Below are positions 39,481-49,377 of a stretch of 64,000 bases of DNA, in pieces. This DNA is from a virus (lineage: Duplodnaviria > Heunggongvirae > Uroviricota > Caudoviricetes). The notes beneath the pieces were generated by a model. It had not been told where the DNA came from. It worked only from the letters and a program-made list of their open reading frames with translations, and did no database searches. The position numbers and the translations under genes are program-made. The stretch lies in IMG/VR virus record IMGVR_UViG_3300023707_000001. The stretch is one strand, 5' to 3'. How positions within the stretch are numbered: the first letter of the stretch is position 1; every line of letters begins with the position of its first letter.

Positions 39481-39548
39481 TGGACAACAAGACCCATGAA
39501 GTAAATGTGGCATCCAAAGACATGTTGTCTGTGGTATATGACTTATAA
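39480..39548 (+). pseudogene. Internally deleted cassette remnant MDNKTHEVNVASKDMLSVVYDL
   Basis: Begins like ORF 38644 (MDNK...V.V) and ends VVYDL* like ORFs 39569 and 58493. Confidence 0.55.
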
Positions 39549-39568
39549 TAAAAGGGTGATGATAAATC

Positions 39569-40561
39569 ATGGCTAAAAAACTTAAAAAATATGAGGTATT
39601 AGTTAAAGCCTTAGGCAACTTCTCTTTAGTTAACTTAGATATTAACGTATTAAATAAAAGAGGAGAAAGCGTCTTTAAGAGAATAAAGGAAAGTGCGGCC
39701 AGCGGCTGGCCTAATCCCTATCTTAGTTTTATAGAAGAAAATAAAGAACCGTTTACTCTTAAAACAGGAAAAGCTTCTAAGAGCTGGGGTGGCGTATTAG
39801 AATATTCTACTGATACTCAAAATTGGTCTGAGTGGAATGGCACCGAGATTAGTTCTTCTAATGACGGCAGATTATATTTAAGAGGTACTGGTAATTCCAG
39901 AATTACTGATGGTACTAATCAATTTGTGTTAACCGACAATAGGCGTATTCAATGTTTAGGTAACATAGAAAACTTGCTTGATTATAAAAAAGTTAAAGCA
40001 GGTGGGCATCCAGTAATGGCTCCAAATTGCTATAGCGGTATGTTCCCCAACTGTACTTCTCTCACTAAGGCTCCAGAACTGCCAGCGACTACTTTGGCTG
40101 TGCGGTGCTATAAAGGCATGTTCGCAGACTGCACCTCTCTTACCACAGCTCCAGAACTCCCTGCTACTACACTGGCAGATTATTGCTATGGCGACATGTT
40201 CAAAGGCTGTACATCTCTTACACAGGCCCCAGAACTTCCCGCTACCGAATTAGCTAGTAGTTGCTACCGTATTATGTTCAATAACTGTACCTCTCTTACC
40301 ACAGCTCCGGAACTTCCTGCTACTACTTTAGCTGCAAATTGCTACAACGGCATGTTCTTTGGCTGTACTTCCTTAACTCAAGCACCAGAAAAACTTCCTG
40401 CTACTACTTTAGCTGATTCTTGCTATGGCAGCATGTTCTCTAGGTGTAAGTCTCTTACCGGTGTTATTCATTGTCCGGTATCTACGGCTAACGACTCGAA
40501 TAGGCTTGATGCTAATGCTCAAATCCCCGCTAATACTGCTACTGTAGTTTACGATTTGTAA
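39569..40561 (+). CDS. LRR-like 26-aa repeat protein (CTSLT.APELPATTLA..CY..MF)
   Basis: Five full repeats plus a partial one. Confidence 0.8.
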   Translation: MAKKLKKYEVLVKALGNFSLVNLDINVLNKRGESVFKRIKESAASGWPNPYLSFIEENKEPFTLKTGKASKSWGGVLEYSTDTQNWSEWNGTEISSSNDGRLYLRGTGNSRITDGTNQFVLTDNRRIQCLGNIENLLDYKKVKAGGHPVMAPNCYSGMFPNCTSLTKAPELPATTLAVRCYKGMFADCTSLTTAPELPATTLADYCYGDMFKGCTSLTQAPELPATELASSCYRIMFNNCTSLTTAPELPATTLAANCYNGMFFGCTSLTQAPEKLPATTLADSCYGSMFSRCKSLTGVIHCPVSTANDSNRLDANAQIPANTATVVYDL

Positions 40562-40725
40562 TTCCTAAAATACCTTCCTGTGTCCTAAGGATAGATGTAG
40601 CTAACCTTCCTATCCACAGGTAATATATCCGATGTAAGAGCATGTGAGGTGGCCAGGGTTTTATATGGCCGCCCGCTCTGTCTCTTACAAGAAAATTTTA
40701 TATCTTTTTAAAGGAGAAATGTGTA

Positions 40726-42219
40726 ATGTCCCTTACGAATCTTGCACAAATTAAAGGTGGTCTTCAGCTCCAGGCTGACGTACAGGCTCTTCTGAAGTCT
40801 TACGATGCCGCCAAGGTTCTGACCAAGGTTGCAAAGGCTGTAGGTGAAGGCGAAGAAGCCGCCAACTACAATGCCGAAGAACTGCTGGCAGAACTCAAAG
40901 CTAAGGTTGACGCCATTGCCGGTGAAAGCACTGGTGAAAGTGGCGAAGAAGTGACATCCCTGGCTTCCCTTGCAGCTGCTATCGAAGCACTGAAGGATAA
41001 GAAGCTCAAGGACATGGTCCGCGTTGAGTTCCCGGTTGCCTCCGGCGTAGCTACGCTGCCCGAAAGCTTCGATACGCTGGTTCCGGGCTGCGACAAGACG
41101 AAGGCTCTGCCGGTTTACACGGCTGACAATGAAGTCGTATTCAACGAAAAGGGCGAACAGCTGACCATCGTTCCGGAAACGGGCGTAATGAATGGTGTTC
41201 CGTCTGTAGTAGATGCTGATGCTTCTGCTAAAGCTGAAGACGGCAAGGCCGTTTATAAGGCTATGGGTGATTTCCAGGCCAAGATTTTCCCGGTAGGCGA
41301 ATGGAAGCTTTCCGAACTGCCGACGGAAGCCCTGCTCGACAACAACGAAATGCAGCTCGTTGCTTACAAGACTGCTCTTGATAAGCTCGTTATTGACCTA
41401 ACCCGTGATGAAAACCTCATTGCACAGGTTAAGGAACTCGTTGGCGAAAAGGCTGTACAGGCTCAGCTCGAAGAAGCACTGAAGGCTGTTAACGAAGCTG
41501 TTGCTACTAAGGCTGAAAAGACGGCTCTGGACGAAGTTGACGAAGCTGTTAAGGCTATCGACGAACGCGTTAAGGCTGTTGAAGCTGTACAGGAAACCTA
41601 TGTATCCGAAAAGATTGCGGTTTCCGGTCCTGTAACCGAATTCACTCTGGCCAATAAGCCGAACGATAAGCTGGTTGAAATGGTTATTAACCACCTCGTA
41701 TATCGCGAAGGCGAAGACTTCACGGTTGACCGCGAAGCAAAGAAGGCAGTTTGGACGCTGGGCGCCGATGCAGACGGCTTCGATATCGATGCTGACCTGA
41801 CGGACGCTGTACGGTTCAACTATTTTTTTAAGGCCGCCGGTGGGGTAAATCCTGCACCGGCCCCGACAGATGGAGGCTGGGAAGTAACCGTAAACGTTCC
41901 CAAGAGTGCAACAACGCTTGACCTTCAGAAAGTCCTGACGGCTGAACAGCTCGCAGTAATCACTGACGAGAATGCTGCCGGCCCGGAATCTAATGGCGTA
42001 GGCCGTAAGATTCGCTGCTATGTGAACGGCGTAGAACTCAAATGGAGCTACGAAAACAATGGCGACGAAGAAGTAGAAGCTGCTCTCGTGGCTTCCGGCC
42101 TGACTAAGGGTAAGGAGTTTGTATTCGGTACTTATGAACTGGATAGCTCCAAAATCCTGAACTTCAGCTGCGGCTGGAACGAAACCGGCTGCGACGTAAA
42201 AATCGTTTACAAGCCGTAA
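40726..42219 (+). CDS. Abundant virion fibre-like protein (paralog B)
   Basis: Paralog of 36330 with different internal and C-terminal domains; GGTAATAT motif at 40619. Confidence 0.6.
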   Translation: MSLTNLAQIKGGLQLQADVQALLKSYDAAKVLTKVAKAVGEGEEAANYNAEELLAELKAKVDAIAGESTGESGEEVTSLASLAAAIEALKDKKLKDMVRVEFPVASGVATLPESFDTLVPGCDKTKALPVYTADNEVVFNEKGEQLTIVPETGVMNGVPSVVDADASAKAEDGKAVYKAMGDFQAKIFPVGEWKLSELPTEALLDNNEMQLVAYKTALDKLVIDLTRDENLIAQVKELVGEKAVQAQLEEALKAVNEAVATKAEKTALDEVDEAVKAIDERVKAVEAVQETYVSEKIAVSGPVTEFTLANKPNDKLVEMVINHLVYREGEDFTVDREAKKAVWTLGADADGFDIDADLTDAVRFNYFFKAAGGVNPAPAPTDGGWEVTVNVPKSATTLDLQKVLTAEQLAVITDENAAGPESNGVGRKIRCYVNGVELKWSYENNGDEEVEAALVASGLTKGKEFVFGTYELDSSKILNFSCGWNETGCDVKIVYKP

Positions 42220-42293
42220 AGCTAAATGCAGATTGATAGAGTGCTCCGCCATGGGGCGCTCTATTATTATCTTCTTTTTAGAAAGGTGAGCCA

Positions 42294-42830
42294 ATGGCAT
42301 ACGATAAAACAAATGATTTATTTCCAATTCAGAATGATGTTTTGACAACACTTCTGACGAATAATACCAAAATCTCCAAGCTGAATGGCCTGAAGACTGA
42401 CAGCAAGTCAATCGTAAAAGCAATCAATGAATTACTCGGAAAGCTTACTACGGCCATCGAACAGGTTACTACGGCTACTCAGCAAGCAAATGAGGCAAAA
42501 GGAAGCGTCGCTGAAGTAAAAACCGAAGTCCAGACAATGGTTACTGAAATTGCAACCCAGAAAATGACGGAGGTTGTATCTGGCGGCATCCAGAATGATG
42601 AATTTGCTTGCGAGGACAATCAGACAGTATTCAAGCTGTCCAAGGCACCTGTCGACAAAGACAATATCTTGCTCTATGTTAATGGAGTAAAGTATAGAAA
42701 AGCTGATTACCGTTATGATGAATCGGCAAATACTGTTGAATGGGTTAATACGGACATCGATGAAAATCATCCGCATCCGTTCTACTTAAAAAGCACAGAT
42801 GCCGTGTCAGCCGTATACATGAGTAAATAA
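42294..42830 (+). CDS. Tail-fibre-like protein
   Basis: LKTDSKSIVKAINEL motif; LYVNGV.Y...DY domain shared with 36330 and 40726. Confidence 0.55.
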   Translation: MAYDKTNDLFPIQNDVLTTLLTNNTKISKLNGLKTDSKSIVKAINELLGKLTTAIEQVTTATQQANEAKGSVAEVKTEVQTMVTEIATQKMTEVVSGGIQNDEFACEDNQTVFKLSKAPVDKDNILLYVNGVKYRKADYRYDESANTVEWVNTDIDENHPHPFYLKSTDAVSAVYMSK

Positions 42831-42847
42831 TAGGAGGTTTTTATAAT

Positions 42848-44095
42848 ATGCTTTTAGACGCTAAACAGTTGGATCCGAAATTCGAGCGGTGGTACAAGGA
42901 ATTTATGGCTACCAAGTTCCCGACAGTGAAGTCCGTCGAAATTAATATTCCAGCGTCAGATTTAAAATACGAGAAAAAAGATACTGGCGTGCGAGTTGAA
43001 GTACCTATGAATAGCACGATGGAGAGTATTGTGCTCCCTGCGACGGCGCACGTCAAGTTCGTAAATGCTCCGGAAAAAGATGTAAGCATATACTGGAATT
43101 CAATTGGTCGTTTTGACGGAAGAAATATGGAAGAACAAAATTTCTCCCTTACTCTTGAATACGGAAATTATGTTCCCGACAATGTATCAATCCCAATGAT
43201 GACCATCCAAGCAAAAGACATGAGGTTACCAAAAAATTATTATCGATACATGATGAATAAATTCCCATCTAACAAAACAACGGTCAGTTATCAGGCAATT
43301 GAAACAATCCCTGCGGATGTAATCAGCGAGCTAAAAAAAGATTCTGAAACCACCTACGTCTCCGACGCGCACGAGATGTTCTATGGATGCGGAAAATTAA
43401 AATCTCTTCCGAGCGTAGGACTTGATTTTACGAAAGCTACCGATGTGCACGATATGTTCTATGGATGCAGAGGCATTAAAACAATTCCGCCGGAATATCT
43501 CAATCTTCCTAGCGTCACGAATGCAAAAAATTTTATGCAAGACGTGATTTTAGATGAGATAGATTTTAATCAATTAAAATTAGATAGTCTTGAAAAAGCA
43601 GATAGTTTATTATATAACGCAGAATGGAAGAAACATACAGGGAAGTTAATGCTGAAGAATGTAAAAAGCGCATACAGAATAGGTGGCGGCTTTGGCTCTG
43701 ATTCTTATCCTGTGATAGAGCTCCCGAAAGCTACAAGCATATCAGGAATCTTTACGGACCAGCCGCTATCATGTTCGGTGTTCGATGGAATCATCGCGCC
43801 CAATGCAACGAATTGCAGCGGAATGTTCGCTAACAATTATGGCATTACAGAATTAAAAGTCTTGGAAGTCCCCAATAATAAAAATCTTTACCATGCATTT
43901 TATAACTGCTTCAAATTAGTATCTTTGCCAGTTATTGACCTAACTAATGTTACCGATGTAACGGATATGCTCTTCAAATGCAAGGCTTTGACGGAAGTAA
44001 GGTTCAAAAATGTTCCACAATCATTGGCCGACAAGCTCACTCGAGAAAATCTTGACACTTCTGGAACAACGACGTTCGATATAATTATAGAATAA
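42848..44095 (+). CDS. BspA/DUF285-type repeat protein
   Basis: MFYGC..LK.LP...LDFT.ATD...MF repeats. Confidence 0.7.
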   Translation: MLLDAKQLDPKFERWYKEFMATKFPTVKSVEINIPASDLKYEKKDTGVRVEVPMNSTMESIVLPATAHVKFVNAPEKDVSIYWNSIGRFDGRNMEEQNFSLTLEYGNYVPDNVSIPMMTIQAKDMRLPKNYYRYMMNKFPSNKTTVSYQAIETIPADVISELKKDSETTYVSDAHEMFYGCGKLKSLPSVGLDFTKATDVHDMFYGCRGIKTIPPEYLNLPSVTNAKNFMQDVILDEIDFNQLKLDSLEKADSLLYNAEWKKHTGKLMLKNVKSAYRIGGGFGSDSYPVIELPKATSISGIFTDQPLSCSVFDGIIAPNATNCSGMFANNYGITELKVLEVPNNKNLYHAFYNCFKLVSLPVIDLTNVTDVTDMLFKCKALTEVRFKNVPQSLADKLTRENLDTSGTTTFDIIIE

Positions 44096-44129
44096 TTCGC
44101 GCAGCTAACATTAAAGTTTTATTAGAATA

Positions 44130-44170
44130 TAAGAGTCTCTTAACTATTAAGGGGCTCTTTTTTCTCTTTC
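44130..44170 (+). terminator. Rho-independent terminator
   Basis: aagagtctcttaa-cta-ttaaggggctctt followed by a T tract. Confidence 0.7.
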
Positions 44171-44265
44171 TACTGAAAAAATCGGTGTTTATAGGGAATA
44201 TCACCGTTAATATAGGATAAGATTTCAAAATAAGGTTTACATAAAACCAGAAGAGGAAAGATAAA

Positions 44266-45795
44266 ATGAATACAACTCGCGGCGTACGCAAAGTAAGCGA
44301 AAATATATTCTCGCATGGAAGAGCGGTAATTCTGACCGAGAAAGATAAAGACAAATACAGGTGGAGTGATATTCCTGTTGGCTCCAAGTTTATTGATACA
44401 ACTACAGGAATCGAAATGGTTAAGCTTCAAGGGGAAAGCGACTGGGTTCCTGCCGGCCTTAAAAATGACGGAACTCTTTGTATTGCAAAAGACTCCCGTT
44501 TTGGGGTAGAACGCTTTGTCGTAAAAGACTTGGTTGATGACCTTGACCCGAGAAAATTTAACTATGTAAAAATTACGGACGATGACAAAGAGCTTGCCCG
44601 AAAAGGATACATCCTATTTCAGAACGATGTAGGAGAACTTGGCGAACTGGACTGTTACGGTAAATTTGCTTCCTGGGATGCTTACCGAAAGGCGAAACTT
44701 TTGGATGACAATGCTCCGGAAGAAAAATATCGGAATACAAAAAAATACGGCTTCGTGTTCAATCTGGAAGATGGTGACTATGCTCTCCTGCGCAGCCATC
44801 TTGATGTTATGATTGACGGCGTTCTCTTAAGAAGCGGTTCGACTGGAACACTCCTTGAGATAGATGAAACACGTTTCTGCTTATTCCAGGATGATATTGA
44901 AGCGGGCATGGAAATCACGGCGAAGTACATCCAGGGGTTCCGCCTTGGCCATCCATACCCCAGAACCTTTATTGGGGACGAAGAACCAAGCGAAAAAGCA
45001 GCGGAAGCTGGCGATTTTTGGCTGGACACGGATGCTGACCTTGAAGATTTGGACCCGTTGGGTGATAAACTCGAAGATGACCATATGATTGGCTGGGGGA
45101 AAATCCGCCCGGAAACCAGGCCAACTTCTTTGGCTGGATATGGTATCAAAGATAACGTGTCGTATGTTGGCCATATGCATGACAAAAGTGAAATTATTGG
45201 ACTCCCCGATAACTTCAAGGCAGATGGTGGCCACGCCGATACAGCTGACAAAGCAAGCAAAGCAGACGTTGCCGATTATGCAAACAAGGCAAATTTTGCA
45301 AGCGCAGCGGGCGCAGCAAGCATTGCAACCAGCGACACGGCCGGCCGCGAAATTACAAAAACGTATGCCACAAAAGACGAACTCAATGAACAGAAAAAAC
45401 GTCTTGACGGCAACGAGTTCGTGAAGAATAACACGTCGAACAGAAATGTCGCCATGCGTGTAGAGGTAGAAAACGGTAAGGAAGTTGTCAATCCGTACAT
45501 TGACGGGCAAAAAGTATCGCTCGGCGGCTTGTCCAGTACACTTGTAGCAGAGCCTGCTTTTGGCCCAAATCATTCCATTTGGGACCAAACAATCAACAAT
45601 TGTTATTTTCGCAATTGCGGCTCCCAAAAAACCGGCTTTTTAAGCATCAATCCCGTATTCGCGCAAGGGCAGACGTATAGTCTGGATGATGTATTAAAGA
45701 AGCTAACATCTTATGCACACAGTCACACTGAAAAACACGATGTCGTAAATAACTGCAACTGCAACTGTAACTGCGGCAGTGACCACTCCCATTAA
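44266..45795 (+). CDS. Tail-fibre-like protein with C-terminal (Asn-Cys)4 tail; putative radical SAM substrate
   Basis: Fibre motifs RPTSLAGYGIKD, GHMHDKSEIIGLP, ADTADKA..AD.A..A and DTAGREITKTYATK; ends VVNNCNCNCNCGSDHSH. Confidence 0.7.
   Translation: MNTTRGVRKVSENIFSHGRAVILTEKDKDKYRWSDIPVGSKFIDTTTGIEMVKLQGESDWVPAGLKNDGTLCIAKDSRFGVERFVVKDLVDDLDPRKFNYVKITDDDKELARKGYILFQNDVGELGELDCYGKFASWDAYRKAKLLDDNAPEEKYRNTKKYGFVFNLEDGDYALLRSHLDVMIDGVLLRSGSTGTLLEIDETRFCLFQDDIEAGMEITAKYIQGFRLGHPYPRTFIGDEEPSEKAAEAGDFWLDTDADLEDLDPLGDKLEDDHMIGWGKIRPETRPTSLAGYGIKDNVSYVGHMHDKSEIIGLPDNFKADGGHADTADKASKADVADYANKANFASAAGAASIATSDTAGREITKTYATKDELNEQKKRLDGNEFVKNNTSNRNVAMRVEVENGKEVVNPYIDGQKVSLGGLSSTLVAEPAFGPNHSIWDQTINNCYFRNCGSQKTGFLSINPVFAQGQTYSLDDVLKKLTSYAHSHTEKHDVVNNCNCNCNCGSDHSH
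45751..45774 (+). repeat. Hexamer repeat (AACTGY)4 encoding NCNCNCNC
   Basis: aactgc aactgc aactgt aactgc. Confidence 0.9.
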
Positions 45796-45815
45796 TTTTA
45801 GAACGAGGTTTTACA

Positions 45816-46490
45816 ATGCTTAAGGTATATACAACATATAAGGAAGAAGATAAAGACCGAAAAAAGCTGGATGTGTCCCTGGATGGGGACATTATCCGCT
45901 TGCAGATTAACGACAACATAGGACGGTATGACGTCAGCAAGCTGGAGAAGAACACGATTTATAAAATTTTCTACGACTTTGGTGGATTTTACCCGACACC
46001 GATAAGGGTGCAGGACGCACCGCAGGGGAGTCAGATTGATAGGTACAGGATGTATGTCGGTAAAGACGGGAACGTTTTACTATCCACCAGCCATAAGGTT
46101 ACGACAACTGACGAGGATTGCGAGATAATAAGTGTCGAAAGAAATTTCTCCCTCCGAAAAGCGGTATGTACGCTCTACCCGGAATACGAAAAAGAAGAAA
46201 ACAAGGTACAGCGCAGATACCGCATTATCGACTCCCTAAATGCAAATATGAGCCTTGCCGTTATCGATGCGCAGCTGGAGATTGTTACAGAACTTCTTAT
46301 GGCTGTCGTAAAAAACAATCTGGATAAACTGGATAACGAAAGCAAAGCCCTGTATGAAATCCTGGAGAAGACATTTGAACAAAACAACCTCTTAAACATC
46401 AAATCCATTCAGAGCATCCAGAGTGAAATCCTGGATAACAAAGCAAGGATTCGTAAAATACAAGAGTATTATTACAACGAAAAAAGGTAA
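45816..46490 (+). CDS. Hypothetical protein (rSAM cluster accessory or fibre chaperone)
   Basis: 224-aa ORF between the fibre and the rSAM genes. Confidence 0.65.
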   Translation: MLKVYTTYKEEDKDRKKLDVSLDGDIIRLQINDNIGRYDVSKLEKNTIYKIFYDFGGFYPTPIRVQDAPQGSQIDRYRMYVGKDGNVLLSTSHKVTTTDEDCEIISVERNFSLRKAVCTLYPEYEKEENKVQRRYRIIDSLNANMSLAVIDAQLEIVTELLMAVVKNNLDKLDNESKALYEILEKTFEQNNLLNIKSIQSIQSEILDNKARIRKIQEYYYNEKR

Positions 46491-46495
46491 GGAAA

Positions 46496-46699
46496 ATGGA
46501 AATAAACGCTAAGATTCCTACGCTCTACAAAGCGGCCATGGAAATTTATGAAAATGTAATCGAGAAAAAAGAACAATATTTTTTGGTGAAGCTACAGCTC
46601 CAGCCGAATGATGACCTGTATCTTTTGCAGGTGTTCTTGGAACTGGCCAAAGAAATCAGTGATGACTTCAACGTGCAGGTAGAGCTGCAAATGGTATGA
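46496..46699 (+). CDS. Small hypothetical protein
   Basis: 67 aa; ATGA-coupled to the first rSAM gene. Confidence 0.6.
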   Translation: MEINAKIPTLYKAAMEIYENVIEKKEQYFLVKLQLQPNDDLYLLQVFLELAKEISDDFNVQVELQMV

Positions 46700-47682
46700 C
46701 TGAGAAGTGCATAATTTATCTGACTGAAAAATGTAACATGGCCTGCAAGCACTGCTACGTGAAGAAGAGCGGGCGGGAAATGACAAAAGAAGTCGCAGAT
46801 AAACTCATCGAGTATCTGAAAAACTTGCCGCATCGTTATGAGAACTATGTTTTTATGGGCGGAGAAACACTTCTTTCAACAGATATCCTGCTTCGTTTTG
46901 TACACGAACTTACCTTTGAGAATACAAACTCCATTGCTATTATGACAAACGGGACGGTGCCTATCCGTCCTTTTGATGAGCAGTTAAGCGAAGCAGAGCG
47001 AAAAAAGATTTACTATAACATATCCGTCAAGGAAATCGGAGCTGTTCCGCCCAAGGGGTTCCTGGAAAACATTGCGTACCTAAAAGAGCGCGGCTTGTAT
47101 TTTTCCCTGCTTGCAGTAAACACTCCGGCCAATATTGATAAGCTGGAAGAGTTTATCCTGTATGCAAAAAATATAGGCAGTGATGCAGCCATTGTACTTC
47201 GGCAGCATATGATGGGTGATTTTTGGACGGAAGAAGACGTCAAAAAATACGCCCCTGTATTAAAACGGCTCCTGCACATGGTTGCATACTACCAGCAAGC
47301 AGCACCTGATTTTCGGATAAGCCTTCCCGGCAAGCCGTTTCTGACCATTGAGGAGGGGATAACCTCCTATCAGAAATACGGAATAAACATTGTTGACCAG
47401 GATTCATTCTGCCAATACAAGATTGTTGGTATGGATGGGACGGTATATCACTGTGACGGCGCCTGTGGCCAGAAAACACACAGCTATGGATACCTGTGGG
47501 AGGAGCAGGAAGATCCATGGATAAGGGAACTGGGCTATCAGGATACGCTTTACGATTACTGTGAGCTTGCCAAGAACAAGGTATTTTTGCCATTTGATAA
47601 GTTAAATGATGCGTGCCGACTGAAACATAAGAGCAATATAGAGCGAATTGGTTTATTAAAGGAAGAAGCAAATAAAATATGA
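46696..47682 (+). CDS. Radical SAM protein 1 (Twitch-like C-terminus)
   Basis: CNMACKHC, MGGETLL, MTNGT, FC....GMDGTVYHC. Confidence 0.9.
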   Translation: MTEKCIIYLTEKCNMACKHCYVKKSGREMTKEVADKLIEYLKNLPHRYENYVFMGGETLLSTDILLRFVHELTFENTNSIAIMTNGTVPIRPFDEQLSEAERKKIYYNISVKEIGAVPPKGFLENIAYLKERGLYFSLLAVNTPANIDKLEEFILYAKNIGSDAAIVLRQHMMGDFWTEEDVKKYAPVLKRLLHMVAYYQQAAPDFRISLPGKPFLTIEEGITSYQKYGINIVDQDSFCQYKIVGMDGTVYHCDGACGQKTHSYGYLWEEQEDPWIRELGYQDTLYDYCELAKNKVFLPFDKLNDACRLKHKSNIERIGLLKEEANKI

Positions 47683-48527
47683 TTGAAAGAACATACAGTA
47701 ACGATACGACCGTATCGATACACCTTACCCATAAATGTAACATGAGATGCCCGCATTGTTATCAAAAGGACTATTCTGGCTACAACGAGATAATGGATGA
47801 AGAAAAGGTATTTTCTGCCGTAGATAAAATCAACCCTGAGACAATTATCATTTATGGCGGCGAGCCTATGCTTTTCCCCAAACAAGTCGCGCGCATTTTT
47901 GACCGATACGAAAAAGATAAAAAGGTTATTATTGCTACGAACGGTACTATCTGGAATAAAGAACTGTATGACCGTGCATATATCATTATGACAACGGTGG
48001 AGAGTTTCTTCTTTTCATTTAATAAGGAAAACCGTCCTTACACCAAAAACCAGTTCAACAACCTGATAAAGCTCCTGGAAACATACAAAGACAAAATCTT
48101 AGTCACACATAATCTTTATCCGAAGCACAATGACCCATATTTTTACAAGATGCAAGAACTCATGGGGCTTAGTGGGCAGCCGTATCCGATTATCGATTAC
48201 TGCGAAGATACGGACCTGGATATAAGAACCATCACGGAATACAATGTGAAGATGGACCAGCTCATTGTACCTAAACTCCGCGTGCTGCCGGACGGTACAA
48301 TTACAAAAGATATGCGTGGTGTATACAACATCTGCAAACCGGAAGACTGGAAACCAGAATATAAAGACGCAGAAGTTCCCGTACATGAAAAATGCAAGAC
48401 CTGTCCGTACAAGGAAAGATGTCCCGGATACAAGATGTTCCCGCATTTTTGCAAGGACGTTCTGGACAAAATAGAGGAACCACACTTCTGTAAGACCGCA
48501 AAATATCTGAGTTCACTTGAGGGGTAA
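47679..48527 (+). CDS. Radical SAM protein 2 (partial SPASM)
   Basis: CNMRCPHC, YGGEPML, ATNGT, CKTCPYKERC. Confidence 0.9.
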   Translation: MIERTYSNDTTVSIHLTHKCNMRCPHCYQKDYSGYNEIMDEEKVFSAVDKINPETIIIYGGEPMLFPKQVARIFDRYEKDKKVIIATNGTIWNKELYDRAYIIMTTVESFFFSFNKENRPYTKNQFNNLIKLLETYKDKILVTHNLYPKHNDPYFYKMQELMGLSGQPYPIIDYCEDTDLDIRTITEYNVKMDQLIVPKLRVLPDGTITKDMRGVYNICKPEDWKPEYKDAEVPVHEKCKTCPYKERCPGYKMFPHFCKDVLDKIEEPHFCKTAKYLSSLEG

Positions 48528-48528
48528 G

Positions 48529-49350
48529 ATGGATAAAGGAATATTTTTCGAAATAACAAATGCCTGCAATCATAATTGCATACACTGCTGTAAGAACTGG
48601 GAAGATAACAGCGAAAAGAGAACCGCCGACAAGGCGGTTCTTGACAAAATACTGGCTTTTCCAAAAAGACACCTTACAATTTCCGGAGGAGAGCCTTCGC
48701 TTGTAAAAGACAAGGTAATGTATCTTGTCGAGCGGGAAAAGACCAAAGTTATCATCAACACCAATATGACCAACTGGACAAAGGAAGATATAACATATCT
48801 TGTTGGCCATGGCGTGGAGTTTAATGTATCGGTAGTATCTCTTGACCGCACAGCGTACAAAAAGATAACGCGGGCGGATACTTACGACATGATGTTTGAA
48901 ACCCTGCAGGAGATTCCCAAAAACAGTTTTATCACGATTGTCGTAAACAGGCTGAACCGAAACACAATTGACTACACTGTGGCAGTTCTAATCCTGATGG
49001 GCTTTACAAATATCATGGTTACACCACAGAAACCGACACAGGACGAACACGTTGATGTGGATGAAATATCCCGGTATGCAGAAAAGCTCCATGAACGGTA
49101 TAAAAATGTCGCGAACATTATGACGCAGGGATACTGCAATGTGAAATTCTGCGACCACCTATGTAATGCAGGCATAGGCCGATTCGTAATCGACACAAAA
49201 CAAAACGTATATCCATGCGCCCCAATTCATAAGGAATGCTTGCTGGGGACGATAGATACTCCATTTGCCGAACTGGAGGAAAACGGCAGGAGGTTCTATC
49301 TGTCGTACCCGGAAGAACAGAGGCATGCTTGTAAGGGGTTCATGCTATAA
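48529..49350 (+). CDS. Radical SAM protein 3 (Twitch/SPASM)
   Basis: CNHNCIHC, SGGEPSL, CNAGIGRFVID....VYPC. Confidence 0.9.
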   Translation: MDKGIFFEITNACNHNCIHCCKNWEDNSEKRTADKAVLDKILAFPKRHLTISGGEPSLVKDKVMYLVEREKTKVIINTNMTNWTKEDITYLVGHGVEFNVSVVSLDRTAYKKITRADTYDMMFETLQEIPKNSFITIVVNRLNRNTIDYTVAVLILMGFTNIMVTPQKPTQDEHVDVDEISRYAEKLHERYKNVANIMTQGYCNVKFCDHLCNAGIGRFVIDTKQNVYPCAPIHKECLLGTIDTPFAELEENGRRFYLSYPEEQRHACKGFML

Positions 49351-49377
49351 AAGCTAAGTAGAAGGTATAAGGAATAT

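Noticed and set aside
40030-40460. CRISPR-like array from 78-bp periodic repeats
   Set aside because: The repeats are degenerate, in-frame protein repeats without unique spacers, and no cas operon is present.
2241-42423. Long minus-strand ORFs (e.g. 2241-3188, 9605-10606, 41398-42423)
   Set aside because: They are antisense shadows of well-supported plus-strand genes, with no motifs or RBS.
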